DNA from: Lama guanicoe
Taxonomy: Eukaryota
Direction: 5' to 3'
Assembly: GCA_013239625.1 (NCBI GenBank)
Contig: MU054187.1
Location: 7,327,757 to 7,391,756, forward strand
DNA: 64,000 nt
Made by a program: the position numbers and the translations under genes. This document shows positions 1-13,600 of this stretch, in pieces; position 1 is the first letter of the stretch; each line of letters opens with the position of its first letter. The notes under the pieces were generated by a model. It had not been told where the DNA came from, ran no database searches, and saw only the letters and a list, made by a program, of their open reading frames with translations.

Positions 1-1273
1 AAATGACTTTTCTATCACAACAATTGAGGAAATCCTACAGAAGGGGAAAAAAAAACTAAAATTAGCAGCCAGACTTTAAAATGGTAACACACTAAAATGG
101 CCCAAGGCAGAGACCTGGCAAGGTTCTCAGAGTTCCCGAGGCCTTAATTAGAAGCGACGAGGCTGGAACTGCAGTCTCCTGACACATTCATTAGCACAGC
201 ATCAGCTCTTTCTTTAAAGTGCAGTTCAACACGAGGGCATCACTTGTGTGGCTTCCAGGAGGACCTGGAGGCACTGCATAGTTTGTCAGACCTTTCTGTT
301 TGAAAGCAAAGAGTAGGTGAAACCTTAATTGGAAGTACCAGAGCAGCAACAGTCCACACACACACCAGATCCTGCCTGTAAACAGCTGGCTCGGGCTAAT
401 GCCATCCGGACAATTACATGCTGTGAATACTCCCTCGCCTCCTGGAATGCTTTTACTCGTGTAAAGTACACGTCTGTACACCTCAACCATTCTATGTTAA
501 TTGCACCATTTAAATATCCAAATGATTCAGCCCTCCTTAATTTAACTTGCACGTTCAATTTCTTATTTCCAGGAAAGAATCATCACGTAGAAGGTGGAAA
601 AGGCATATATGTATAAAAAAAAGTCAATTAATAATCCTAATATATTTATGTGTAATATACAGTTACAGACATTTACGAACACATATATTATATATAATAA
701 ATAAAATATCATAAGCCCTTAGGAATCAGCTTAAACGTTACTAGAATTACTAAATGGCTCAAAAAAGAACAGGCACAAGATTTACAGACAAGTATCAGTG
801 GAAGGTCAGTACACCAAGACCCCATCACAGCCCCCAAACACAAAAATCCGTTAAAAATATTAAAGGACATCTTATTCTGATGAGTCCAAGGGATGTATGT
901 TTAAAGTTTTCCATTCAGAAAGGAAATTAATAAATTCCATTGAGAAATCATAATAGACAACAAGACACCTATGAAAATTTTTAGTAAGAAATGTATATGA
1001 AACTACCTAACTAAATTAAGAGGAATAAAAGATGCATTGTATACCTCTGTGTGAAAAAAGCTAAACATTGTGAAGGTGTGAGTTTTTTTAATAAACATAT
1101 GGGCTTATTGTACTGGCAATAAAAATGCATGTTGAGGAGGGGGAGGGTTTTGAGGACTCAACAAAATAATTCTCATACTCAAACTTAACATATAAAAAGG
1201 AAACGATATCAAAACAAATTCTTTAAAAAGAATCCAGTAAGAAAACATTAGTCATACATTGAAACATATTACA

Positions 1274-1300
1274 AGGGGGGCTGGGTATAGCTCAGTGGCA
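1274..1300 (+). mobile_element. 5' fragment of the same SINE
   Basis: gggctgggtatagctcagtggca, then unrelated sequence. Confidence 0.6.
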
Positions 1301-1580
1301 GTAGCAGGTTGTCAGCCTTGAGGCTGAAAATTTTAGCAGTTCTATTTCTATGTTTTGAAAGGGCCACAGTGGACAACCGGCCCAGCGCTTGGACAAAAGA
1401 CACAGTTCACAGCTGAAGAAGTGAATTAACCCCCTCTCAATGCATTCAGCGCCTCCTAGGCCTGCTCTGGAAGGACCTGGGTCTCAGGCAGGGCACGTGC
1501 ATGCTAACTCACTACCCTCCCAGGCCAAAGGACTGTCCAGCAGACCCACAGAATCACGAGCTAAATAAAATCTACTCTTC

Positions 1581-2554
1581 TATTTTATGGCTGAGTAGTA
1601 TTCCATTGCATACATATACCATGTCTTCTTTATCCAGTCTTCTGTTAATGGCCATTTGGGTTGTTTCCATGTCTCGGCTATTGCAAATAGTGTGCTTATG
1701 AACATTGGGGTGCAATGTGTCTTTTTGTAGTTTTCTTCAGATATATGCCCAGGAGTGGGATTACTGGATCATATGGTAAGTCTATTTTTAGTTTTTTAAG
1801 GAATCTCCATACTGTCCTTCATAGCGGCTGCAACAATTTACCTTCCCACCAACGGTGTAGGAGGGTTCCTTTTTCTCCACACCCTCTTCAGCATTTATCG
1901 TTTGTAGACTTTTGAATGATGGCCATTCTGACTGGTGTGAGGTGATACCTCACTGTAGTTTTGATTTGCAGTTCTCTGACAATTAGTGATGTTCAGCATC
2001 TTTTCATGTGCTTGTTGGCCATCGGGATGTCTTCTTTGGAGAGATGTCTGTTTAGGTCTTCTGCCTATTTTTTGACTGGGTTACCTGTTTTTTTGGTATT
2101 AAGGTGTATGAGATGTATGTTTGTGTATTTTAGAAATTAGTCCTTTGTTGGTCGCATCATTTGCAAATATTTTCTCCCATTCTGTGGGTTGTCTTTTCAT
2201 TTTGTTGTTGGCATCCCTAGCTGTGCAAAAGCTTTTAAGTTTAATTAGATCTCATTTATTTTTCCTTTTATTTCCATTACTCCAGGAGCTGATTCAAAAA
2301 ATAAATTGCTGTGCTTTATGTCCAAGAGTGTTCTGCCTATGTTTTCCTCTAGGAGTTTTATAGTATCTGGTCTTACATTTAAGTCTTTAATCCATTTTGA
2401 GTTTATTTTTGTATACGGTGTTAAGAGAATGTTCCAGTTTCAGTCTTTGACAGGCAGCTGTCCAGTTTTCCCAGCACCACTTACTGAAGAAACTGTCTTT
2501 TCTCCATTCCGTATTCTTACAGGAACCAAACACAATAAAGGTGTTTTTTTAAAA
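1581..2554. mobile_element. L1 insertion with inverted (antisense) ORF2 3' segment and short sense tail
   Basis: Typical antisense L1 ORF2-end sequence at 1581-~2516, then AATAAA and an A-rich end; flanked by atctactcttc at 1570-1580 and 2558-2568. Confidence 0.85.
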
Positions 2555-3270
2555 AATATCTACTCTTCCAACTGGTTGAACAGGAAACACAACCTGTTAA
2601 ACATCAGGTTAGCTGGTTCTCTCCTGACACCTAGTGTTCCTGACTCATCACTGCAAAATCCTTCCATTAATTTTAAACCATGAGAATGAAAGTGTTATAT
2701 GGACTACAAACTTTATTCATTTTTAGAGCAAAAAATTTTAAATGCCAGAAAATTATAAGCTTAATAATAAAGTTTCTGTCTCTAATGAGCAAAAGGCCTT
2801 TTTCTCCTAATTCTTCTCATACGAGAAAGTGGTAGATTTTCTTGCTATTCTGATAGGTAAGACAGACGCCCAGCCATACACATGCTGTCAGAAACGGCAC
2901 AAAATATCCTTTTACCTGCTTGGTTGTACTGCCTGCAATCCAGTGTTTGTGAGTGTATATGGGATAGGGAGGGGTTGAAGACGGAAGTCTAGATTGAGAG
3001 ATATATTAAAATATGCCCAAGTAAATTTATGACAGCATTCAAATAATTTTTCCCATGGAAAACAGTTCATTTATAAATAGTCACAACTATTTATTGAGGC
3101 CCTATTGTGTTAAACATTGTGTGAGACAAAAAGTTCAAAACACAAACTGCTTTCAGGAGGTGTGTGCACACACATACACACACACATACACAAACACACT
3201 AAATACTCCAGAGACTCAAAGGAGGGAGACGTCACAGTGAACTAGAGGCAGGTTTAAAAAGAGTCTTCAG

Positions 3271-4239
3271 ACACACAGCCAATCGTCAGGGAAATGCAAA
3301 TCAGATCCACAACGAGACACCATCACACACCTGTCAGAACGGCTATCGCCAAGAAGACAAGCAAGAGCAAGTGCTGGTGAGGATGCGGAGAAGAGGGAAC
3401 CCTCATGCGCTGCTGGTAGGAATGTGAACCGGTGCAGCCCCTGCGGAAAACAGGATGGAGAGTTTCCTCAAAAAACTGAACTTGCAACTACCATACGATC
3501 TAGCAATTCCACTCCTGGGTACTTATGTGAAGAAAGCAAAGGCCACTAATTCAAAAAGACAGGTGCACCCATGTTCACTGCAGCATTACTTACAACAGCC
3601 AAGATACAGAAGCAACCTAGGTGTCCATGGATAGAAGATGTGGTATAAATACACACACACACACATATACATACACATATGTACAGATACGTATATACAC
3701 ATATATACATCTACATCTATATATTCGCATATATATTCCACTGTGCATATACACATACACAATGAAATATTATTCAGCCATAAAAAAGAATGAAATCTTG
3801 CCATTTATGACAATATAGATGGATCTGGAGGGTCTTATGCTAAATGAAATAAGTCAGACAGAGAAAGACAAATACTGTATAACTTCAGTTACATGTGGGA
3901 TCTAAGAAACAAAACAAATGAACAAACATATCTAAACAGAAATAGTCACAGATGCAGAGAACAAATAGGTGGTCACCAGAGGGGAGGGAGGGAGGGGGTT
4001 GGGCAAAGCAGGTGAAGGGAATTAAAAGATACAAACTTTCAGTTATAAAATTAATGAATCATGGGGATGTAACACACACATAGAAAACACAGTAATATTG
4101 TAACAACATCATGCGGTGACAGTAACTGGACGTATTGTGCTGATCATTTTGAAATGTATAAAAATATCTAATCACTCTTGCATAACTGAAACTCATATAA
4201 TGTTGTATGTTAACTATAACTCAATAAAAAAATTAATTA
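3271..4239 (+). mobile_element. 5'-truncated L1 (ORF2 end + 3' UTR) containing a (CA/TA)n tract at about 3650-3760
   Basis: L1 3' motifs and AATAAA at 4223; TSD aaaaagagtcttcag (3256-3270) / aaaaacaatcttcag (4240-4254) at a TT|AAAA site. Confidence 0.9.
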
Positions 4240-4333
4240 AAAAACAATCTTCAGCAAGAATGAAGCGGATGGGTAGGGAGTGGTATGTATTTCCAGAATC
4301 AATCAGTTAGAAAAAATATCTGTAATTTCAATA

Positions 4334-4339
4334 TTTATT
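4334..4339 (-). terminator. Probable GGH polyadenylation signal AATAAA
   Basis: tttatt on the + strand about 230 nt past the GGH stop. Confidence 0.7.
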
Positions 4340-4566
4340 TTGTCAAAACCTCACATAAAAGTTTTTCTGTGAAATACACTATGATCATTTGTCTCACTGA
4401 CTATCAAATGTGATATAAATAGTCAAATAAACCGAATGAAGGATCAGAGCCAGTAACACATAGAAAAGGAATCTCTGTGACTTTCTATTTTTGCCATATA
4501 TAGCAAATTATTTTAACAATTTAATCATGGAATTAATCAAAATTCCTGTTAACACATCAAAGGCTT

Positions 4567-4688
4567 TCAATCAAATATATAAGTTTGTTGAAATGAAGAA
4601 ATATTCCCAGTATAAACTGGACTGAACTGATAAATTAGTGCTTTGCCTTCTTCAACATCGGATTCAAAATGATGATTGTTTTTCCGAG
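4567..4688 (-). CDS. GGH: GGH exon 9 coding part (RKNNHHF...FQQTYIFD*)
   Basis: Acceptor ttgcAG; TGA at 4569-4567. Confidence 0.97.
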
Positions 4689-7600
4689 CTGCAAGAAAAA
4701 GAAAGCGTTAATTTTTACAAAGACAGAATAGAATTTTCAAAAGGCTACTTTACAACATTTCTTCTTATAATCAGCATTCTTGAGTGGGACAATACCAGCA
4801 AAAAGGAGACATGTCTTCCCAAATTTCCGCCAAGTAAAGCAGCACCTGACCTGGAGTAGTTACCGACTGACAGCAGCCATGCCAGCCCTGCACTGGACCC
4901 CAAGTGGTACCCACGGCCCCCCTCTTTCATTCAGATGCCTACAAGGTGCCTACTGTGTGCAAGGCCCGATGCAGGGTCTGTGGACAGAAACACACACAGG
5001 GCGAGGTCCTAACACTCAAGAATTCTGGTCCAGCAACCACACAGAATCAGATACTGGAATGTTTTTATAGACTAACTGCATGGAGATGCTTCAGAGTAAA
5101 GAGGATGGAGAAACTGGCAAAGTTGAGGCAGGTGGAGAAGTGAGGCACTTCCCAAAGAGAAGGCAGAAATGTGAAGAACAAGGAGGCACAGAGAAGCTGG
5201 CGTGGCTACACTTTGGGTGTGAGGGTGTGAGCGCTCAGACTTTACCCTCAAGGCAAAATAAAGCAAACACAGGCTTTTACGGCATCTTGAGAAAGAGGGA
5301 TATTGGAAAATGCAAACCACATATAGCCTTGCTCGGTGATAATATTGCAAAAAGCTTTTCTCTGCCCACTGTTCTCCTCGTTTACTCCTACACATGGGAC
5401 ATGAAAATGTTTCCTGGGACTATTATCAGCTGAGCGTGATTTTAAAGCATGGAGACCTTAGAAAGAGGCACTTTACCTGTGAGGGTGGATAGGAGGGTTG
5501 ATAAAAACGTGGGGCCAGCTTGGAGAAAGGATGCAAACAAGGCTCGCTGAAGTTCCCCCTCAGCCGCCCCGTGCCTGAGTGATGCCCTGTTCCTTGCAGG
5601 CTGGGTCTGCAGCTCCTACACCCGTGCCACTCAACTAAAACTTAAGCACCTATGACCAAATTCTCAGCTAACCCATGAAGATAACAAAGTGTGAATACGT
5701 CTGTGTTTCCATCATGAAAAAGCAGGCAAAGTGTATTAACTTTCTCCAGTGTACCAATGCTCACAGGCAGCCTTAAAATCACAGACTGATGAGTATAGAT
5801 TCGATTTATGTAACTGTCTTAAAAAATAAGACCCAATTCTCAGAGAATGTTAAAATACAAGCATTATTCCTGAAAAGAGTAATGGGGAGAATCTAAAAAA
5901 AATAAAGTATTCAAGAAAGAAAGGAAAAAAAAAACAGTCCTTATGCTGTTGTTCAAGAATTCAGCCCACTTTAGAGTGTATAATACTGTTAACTGAAATG
6001 ACTGTCCATTGGATTTAAATGACTAATATCTCAATCTCAGGGTTTTCACATGAATTAATGTTTTTAAAAGTTAAATCTAGGGAATATTTATAGAGCAAAA
6101 GAGTACACAAAAGTTCAGACAAGGGCAATTTCCTTCAAAACCACACCAAAGTGATAAAATCATACCCCCACATATTACCTTCAGCCACGAAGAACTCTGC
6201 TAAGTAAAATGCAGCCTTCACAGCATTAGATGTATGAGAAATGCCTCTAAATTTTCCCCACTCATAAGGAGATTTCTCTGGATGCCACTGGACGCCATAT
6301 ACTGGATACTGGTATCCTGCAGGAAGAACACAAACTGCTAAGTATTAAGTAGTAAGAATGGTCTAGGATGTTACGTATTAAATTACGCTTTACATCCTAC
6401 ATTAAATTATGTTTTACATCCGATGTAAAACATTATTTTATCACTCACAGTATGAAAGTACAATTGTGCACGTTTTCTCAGACAAAATAATTTCAGTTCA
6501 GTCGATACGAAAGTTCGTAATACAATACTTCACTGACTTTCAACCTTTTACAATTTGAAACATGATTTGCTTTACTAGGTAATCAGAGTAGAGTGAAATA
6601 ATTGAGTAGCTCCCAGCTCAACAGTCAAGTGCACGTCTGATTACAGACAAGCTCCTTCCACAAGGGTCTCTCTTCCCCCACTTCATACCGCATTTTCATC
6701 CTCTCCTGTAATGACTTACTCAAATGAATATGAACTATGCCAGTATTTTTGGTGTCCTTTTATGTAAGCCAGTTTGTCTCAACCAAACTATGTCTCTCTC
6801 TCAGTCTGCGGAATGGCTTGTGACCTCACTGTGACAATTTTTAAATAGTCTTTAAAAGTTTAAATTTGGTGTGAAAGATTTTTGGTAACATAGTTCAATT
6901 ATTTTCAGAATTCTTAAATACCTTTATACTTAAAATGACATGATCCCTAGGATTTACTTCAAAAATAACCTGGCATGGTGCCAAAGTAGCTACGAAACAA
7001 GAACGGCCACACAAATGTGACAGTTGTTGACGCTTACAGAAAGGTCCTGGGGGTCACTAGATTACTCTACTTCTAAGTATGTTTTTAAAATTCCACAATT
7101 TTTAAAAAATGTGAATGAGTGTAATATTTACCTTCTGAAAAATTTATAAACTCATCTCTTTTCTTCTTCACATACGCCTTGCCTCATTTTAATTGGAAAA
7201 AACTCCTTCCTGTTATTATTTTTGCTTGGAAGTTCTAACCTTGACGACCGTGGGGGAACGCCAGGAGAAAGGACCTGTCCTGAAAGCAGAGGCAGCTGGG
7301 GAAAGGGCACTGTCCTCTCACAGCCCATGAAACCCTGCTGCTAGAGATCGCGTCACAAGAAGGAAACATATTTTATCCCAGCTTCTTGGGGTTCACACAA
7401 GGAAAAGAATCCACCAGCAAGCAGCCCTGGTCATACGGCTCCGCCGCTCCCCACAGCCCCTCTCCCTGCTTCCTCGTGACCTCCTTCTCTCTCTCCCTCT
7501 CTCTCATCTGGGACCACACGTGAAGCTACCAGCAGGCAACCCCCAGCCTGGATGACTAGGAAATGAACTGCTACACAGAGGTGACTGAAAGGCAGATCTT

Positions 7601-10600
7601 CTAATGTACTTCTTTGAGATAAGAAAAGTATTATTTAGGATAAGAAATGCCTTAAGTGATAAATTGTAACAAAGACTTTTCAGATAGATGGATGGATGGA
7701 TACACAGAAACACACTGACAACCAGAAACAAGTGAGATTTACTCTTCTTTTGTAAACTGCTTTACTAAGAGATCAACGCAGGTTCCCAACAACTGTAGGA
7801 AGCACGCCCTGCCTCACTAATTCAGAACAAAAGTATCAAGAAAAGAAAGGAAATAAGTGAGTAACAGCATCTCACGAGCTCCCAGTCAGCAGATGTCAGA
7901 ACGTTTTCAGAGGATACAATTTCCAAATGAGCCTGGTATGATGGCAGAGCCAGGAAGAGAACCAACATGGAACCTGACTTCCTAAGTTCCAACCCAATAG
8001 TCTTTCATTTAAATAATGAGTCGTCCATTCAACCTCTACTGAGATTTACGTAAGTCCTGGAAACATAAAGACAACGCCACAGCTCCAGCTCGCAATGAGC
8101 TCTCGGCCTAGGGGGACAGCCAGAACAGGAGCAGATAAGGCAGACAGCCGTCCCAGGTGGCCCAGGAGCACCGCAGACGCGGCAGTGGGGGGGGCATAAC
8201 GGGCAGGCACAGCCCCCCCGGGCGGTGACCACCGGCCTGCGTCCTCAGAGCCAGCTGAGAGCTCATCAGCAGAGGGGATGGGGGAAGGGACGCTTTTCAG
8301 AGGAGAGGAAAGAACGCAGGACAAAGCACAGGGCTGAGAAAGGCTGCTCTGCGGAGGAGGGCTGTGTGCGCGACAGGGGACGCACGGGAACACAGGCTAG
8401 TGATGATGGCGGGAGAGTCGGCGGAGAACACAATCCGGTAAATCTAGGCTCCACCCTCCACGTGCTGAAGGGCCACGCAGGAGCCTTCCTCATGCGATCC
8501 GACCAGACCGGCGTGTCAGAGGCATCGGCGGCGGCTGGCTGGAAGGCTTGTGGGCCGGTTAGGAGGCTCCCGCTGCAACCCAGGTGGGAGATGCCTGATG
8601 CTGAAGAGGGATGGAGGAGGCGGACCTGGCTCATCTTCCAGACTGGGGCGAGGAAGAAGGATTTGGAACAGGGACAAAGCAGGTCTCCTGTCTCCACAAA
8701 TGCCCTAACTTCCAACTTCAGTCTCCAAAGTAAAATGATTTTATTCTTAAGAGAATTATAAAATCAAAATTAATAAATACAGACATAATAAGTGAAATAA
8801 AGCATACATGTGCAGTGATACGTACCTTCCATTGTTGAAACAAACTCAATCTTGCCATCTGTATTTGTAGTTAATACGTTGAAAAACTTCTTCAACTTTT
8901 CATTCATCGTAAAATTCTAAAGTACAGAAATAAAACAAAAATGAAAACAAAACAATTACTTCTATGGTAAATTTAAATGCATTAATTTCATTGTGTGATT
9001 AATGTGATACCTTCACGGAGAGGCTCCACTTGTGGAAGTTTGCAGTCAGAGGTTCTTTTGCTAATGACAGCAGCAAGTTGGCAGGAAAATTCTGGAACAT
9101 TCTGCTGTGCAATATACCTGGAATAATTTAAACACAGAGAAAGTAAAATCCACTGAAGTCACTGATCTACAGCCGGAGAGAGGCCATTACTAAGACATAA
9201 TCAATATGACTAAATGACAAGGAAACACATCATTTCCACAAAAATACTCCAGCCAAGCACAGAATAAGTTTAACACATAAATCCAAACATGTTCCACACT
9301 TGAGTACTTTTCCTCTAGAACTGTAACATGAATAACTAAAATTCTTTGGACATGATATTTAGCAGGCTAGCCACAGAGCAAGCAGAGAATTTTAAATCTG
9401 AGTTCTCTAGACAGGGCTGAAAAATAGGTAAAATTTTCCACATGTATATATAGTTGTCTTCCCAGGAAAGGATCTGGAACTTTCAACATATTTTCAAAGG
9501 TATCTGGGACTTAAAAGGTTAAAAATACTGACAATGTAGAGAAAACATTAATGAAGCCAAGAAAGTTCTACTTGGTATAATTTTTTTTTTAAAAAGCAAT
9601 TTACCTCACTGAAGGCTCTGGAGATTGACACATAGACAAACACACCAGCAAATGGATTAAAAAAATCCCAATGGTGTTGCAGGCCCTGGTGCCAGCTGTC
9701 CCTAAAGGAGCCTCACTCATGATGCTTACGGCTTCCACGAGAATCCCAGTGCCCCAGATAGTAAAAACCCAGTGACATCTTCAGCAAATTCTGTTCCTTT
9801 TTTGTATAAACTGGGTTTTCACCACACATAGCCCAAACAGACTAACCTAATACATATACTTCCCAGAGAGTTCTTGCAATAATTAAGTGAGATACTGTGA
9901 GAAAGAGCTTTGAAAAGTACAGAGCATTTTAAAGGTTCTGTGTGTGACAAGCACTACTTTCCATCCGAAATCCTTATGAGAACAGGAATGGCTGGTAGCA
10001 TTCAAATTTGAGGATTCAGAGATCAAGCAACTTACAAGAATCATCATCTATTTACCCAGAGTGGAATAATGAAGAATTTGTCTGGTCTTTGTCTTGGGTT
10101 CCCGACAGGGAGCTTGCAAAACTCTTGGAAGTTCATGAGTGACAGATGTGCCTCTGTAACCTAATGAGGTGACACTGGGTGGCCCCTGGACAGCTTCAGG
10201 ATGAGGCTGGTCATTAGAAAGACTAACCATGGTTAGAGGAGGTCTGAGTTCGAGTCAACCTGACCTCCAGGGATGGGAGGGAGACAGCAGACTGAGTTCA
10301 ATAACACAAAGAGTTAATCATGAAGCCCCAGTAAAAATTCTGAACACCAAGGCACTGGGGCTTCCTGGCTGGTGTACACACTGATGCACCAGGACAGTGA
10401 GGACAGCGAGGCACCCTGACACAACAGGGAGAGGGCATGCAAGTTCTGCATCCTCTCCCAGACCCCATCCCATGTGCGTCTTCCCAGCAAAACTGTTATT
10501 GCAAACACAGTACCTTCCTGAGTCTTGTCAGTCATTCCAATGAATTATTAAACCTGAGAGGGAGTACGCGAATCCCCAAGTTTGTGGCCAGTTGGTTAGA

Positions 10601-13600
10601 AGTGTGGGTGGCTCAGGGACGTGCCCTGTGGCTGGTATCTGACCCAAGGGTAGTCTAGTCAGGGAGATGACCTCTAACCGGAGCCTGCGCTAACTCCAGG
10701 TGGTTAGTCCAGGATGGAACTGCAGTCCACGCCGGCTGGGGCTGAAACACAGCACACAGCCAAGGGGAAAATGCTGACCATACTAATAATAGCTAACATT
10801 TATGAGCGTTATAGTTAAAGTGCTTAGCACCGTACCTAGAAAACATTATATCTTATTTAATCCTCATAAAAAACTCTAAGAGGTAAACGCTTTTACTAAT
10901 CAGGTAATTAAAGGTGACAGAGGTTAAATGATTCCCCAAGGCAGAAGTAACAAAAGGTAGGACTCAAAACCAGGTCCAATTTTAGAGTTTTTAATCACAT
11001 ATGGTCCTGAAATTGATTAAAGCAATGAGTTATCAACAATCAAAATTCCTTAAAACATCTTCATTACTCAGTACAAAAAGTGATCATTCACATCTTCAGC
11101 CTGTATAAATAATTTTTAAATTAATCAATATTATTGACATTTTTTACTTCGATATTTGCTACTTAGTAATCCTGCCCAGTTAATATTTCGAAAAGGGTCA
11201 AAAAGAGAATTCTTACCTGCGGTGAAGTTCAGCGCCATTTTAACTCCAACAGTATCCGTGAGCGTTAACAAGCACTCTCCACTGATCAGATAGGCGAGCT
11301 CTTCAAATCCAAGGCATGTGCCCCACACGGGAAAATAGTCTCCATCATCAAAACTCTTAGCAGAGTAAAGAGAAAACAAAGCTCATTCAAACTTCTCAAA
11401 ATAAAAATTATACATTTGGTTTGTGATTACAAGACAGGGAAGTTCAAGGTTGCTAAGCGTTTTCTTTTGCTTTGAAATCTTCCAGTAGCTAATCACATTT
11501 TAAAAATAGATCTTTGAGTCTTATGGGTGAGGTAGCTCCTTATTTTTTTGTTTTTTAACTGAAAAAGCCAGTTACACGAGTCTTTGTAAGCAAAAGGAAG
11601 AGACTTTATTAATGTTCGTGTATACGTTTCCTGAATGCCTTTTAAATCACTCACATTATCAAATTTCAATTTTGTTCACTAGTTTTTCCAGAATTATCCA
11701 CTGAGCATGTACCAGGTGCTCCAAACGTTAGGAAATGAGGAAGACCTCAAAAAGTGTCAGGACCACAAAGTCTGATGAGACACGAACAGCTAACGTCAAG
11801 ATAATCTGTCTCTGAGAATACAAGCCCCTTAAGGTCACAGACCCTGTCATGTCACAGAGCTGGAGTGTCTGAACAATTCTACAACAAAATACTCTAAAAG
11901 TTAGGAGGGGGAAGGATGCCACTCCAGCTCGGGTCGGCAGGGAAACCTCCACAGAAGAGGAGCTGCCCTCTGGCCCTGAAAGGTGGCTAAGGCACAAATC
12001 AGGGATGGGGCAGAAAGAAACAGACAGAAAGCGGGAGGGCAGAGTATGTGCTGGCAACACCAGCCTGGCTTGAATTACCTGCACAAGGGAAGTCTAGAAA
12101 AAGTGGGTTGTGGACATACTGGACATCTTGACTCAAAGAGTATAAAAACCTACAGGTTATCTGGTCAGCCATTAAGTTTTCTAACAGGCATCTCATATAC
12201 TAAGAGCAATTCCTCAGAGAACTATTTAAAGGCGGGAGGGGAATAGAGCCAGCAAGATGAATTCGAAAATTGCTGGTGATAGTTCAGGGGACAGACAGGG
12301 TCTGAGCAATGGTGCAAAGGCAGGCCTGGTGTGAGACCCCCAGGGAGCTGAGAGGCCCTGCAAGCCACCGCACGTGGAGTCTGACGGTCTTAGGAAATTG
12401 CTAAGAAAGGTCAGAGGGCTGAGTGAGTTGGAACGAAGAGCAGCTTTCAAGGGGAGACAAGAATTAGTAACACATGAACAATGCCCAGTACATAATAAAA
12501 ACAGCTCACTAAGCCGCCAGGAGGGCCTGGTGCACAGTAACGAGTGCAGAGGGCCAGGCAGCAGGGCCCTGGAGGGTCCTGGAAGCCCAGGAGTAAGAGA
12601 GGCACACAGAAGATGGGCGAGAGCCACCCCGAAAGTGATAGGGCGACGGGCTGCAGTAACTGTGAAGGAAGCCCTACCATGTGCTTAAAGGAAGAATTAT
12701 CCTCACAAAAAAATTACAAAAACTCACCTGGAATAACAGGAAATAACTGATATTTACCTGTATGGCCAACTTGTAAAATATTCTGGCCACCTGGGCGTAA
12801 CCTGACTTCTTGAGGTTAACGCTTCCTCCTGGGAAAAGGACCCTGAAACAGTGTCAAATAGGGTGCATTTCAACCCCTGCCCCCGGCAGGAAATAAACCA
12901 TCTTTTTATTTTAAAACAACTTTTCCTTATAACATAAGCAGCAAGATCATAGAAAATGAGAAAAGGCAAAAAGAAAATACACAATATTTATAATCCCACC
13001 CGTTTGAAAACTACTGCAGTTAACAATGCATTTGTGCCTATTCTTTCAAACTTCTTGGATAAACAGGTTTATTTTTGAAATAGAGGATAGATAAATTAAA
13101 GGTAAATAAAGGAAAGGGGAGGATGGTACACAGAGCTAGAAATCAAGTAGAAATAAAATTCCAGGTATAACTATGCTTAAATTAAGGTGATCAGAGATGC
13201 TGAAATTAACTGCAGGTCCATAATCATGACTCAGTCTTGGCTCACACAAAAAAATTTCTTCACCATAAAGAACAAACTAGTCATGAAAATATAGTAGGCT
13301 ATAATTAAATATCCATGAAAATTTAATGGGTTATTATTATCCTGAGATCTCTTCAGAAATAAGCATGGTATTACAAAATTTTGAAAAAGAACACAATTAC
13401 AATTCTAAAAAAAAAAAAAAACTAGGGAAAAAAAGGGTAGGGATGGAAACATTTGATTTGACTTTATCCCATAGAGGAGGGATATAGAAAAATATTTCTG
13501 TTTCTATATCAATGTCTTAAATTAACATTTTTAAAAATTAACTTTAAATTTTAAAAATTGCAACAGATCTTAAAGCAACTAAAGATATTCAAAAGAGATT

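Noticed and set aside
8225..8761. 178-aa and 149-aa ORFs in GGH intron 7
   Set aside because: No recognisable homology; the region is GC-richer and looks like decayed L2.
11356..11358. AAG splice acceptors (GGH exon 5; also TTPA exons 3 and 4)
   Set aside because: Less common than CAG/TAG but canonical AG, and exon lengths and phases fit.
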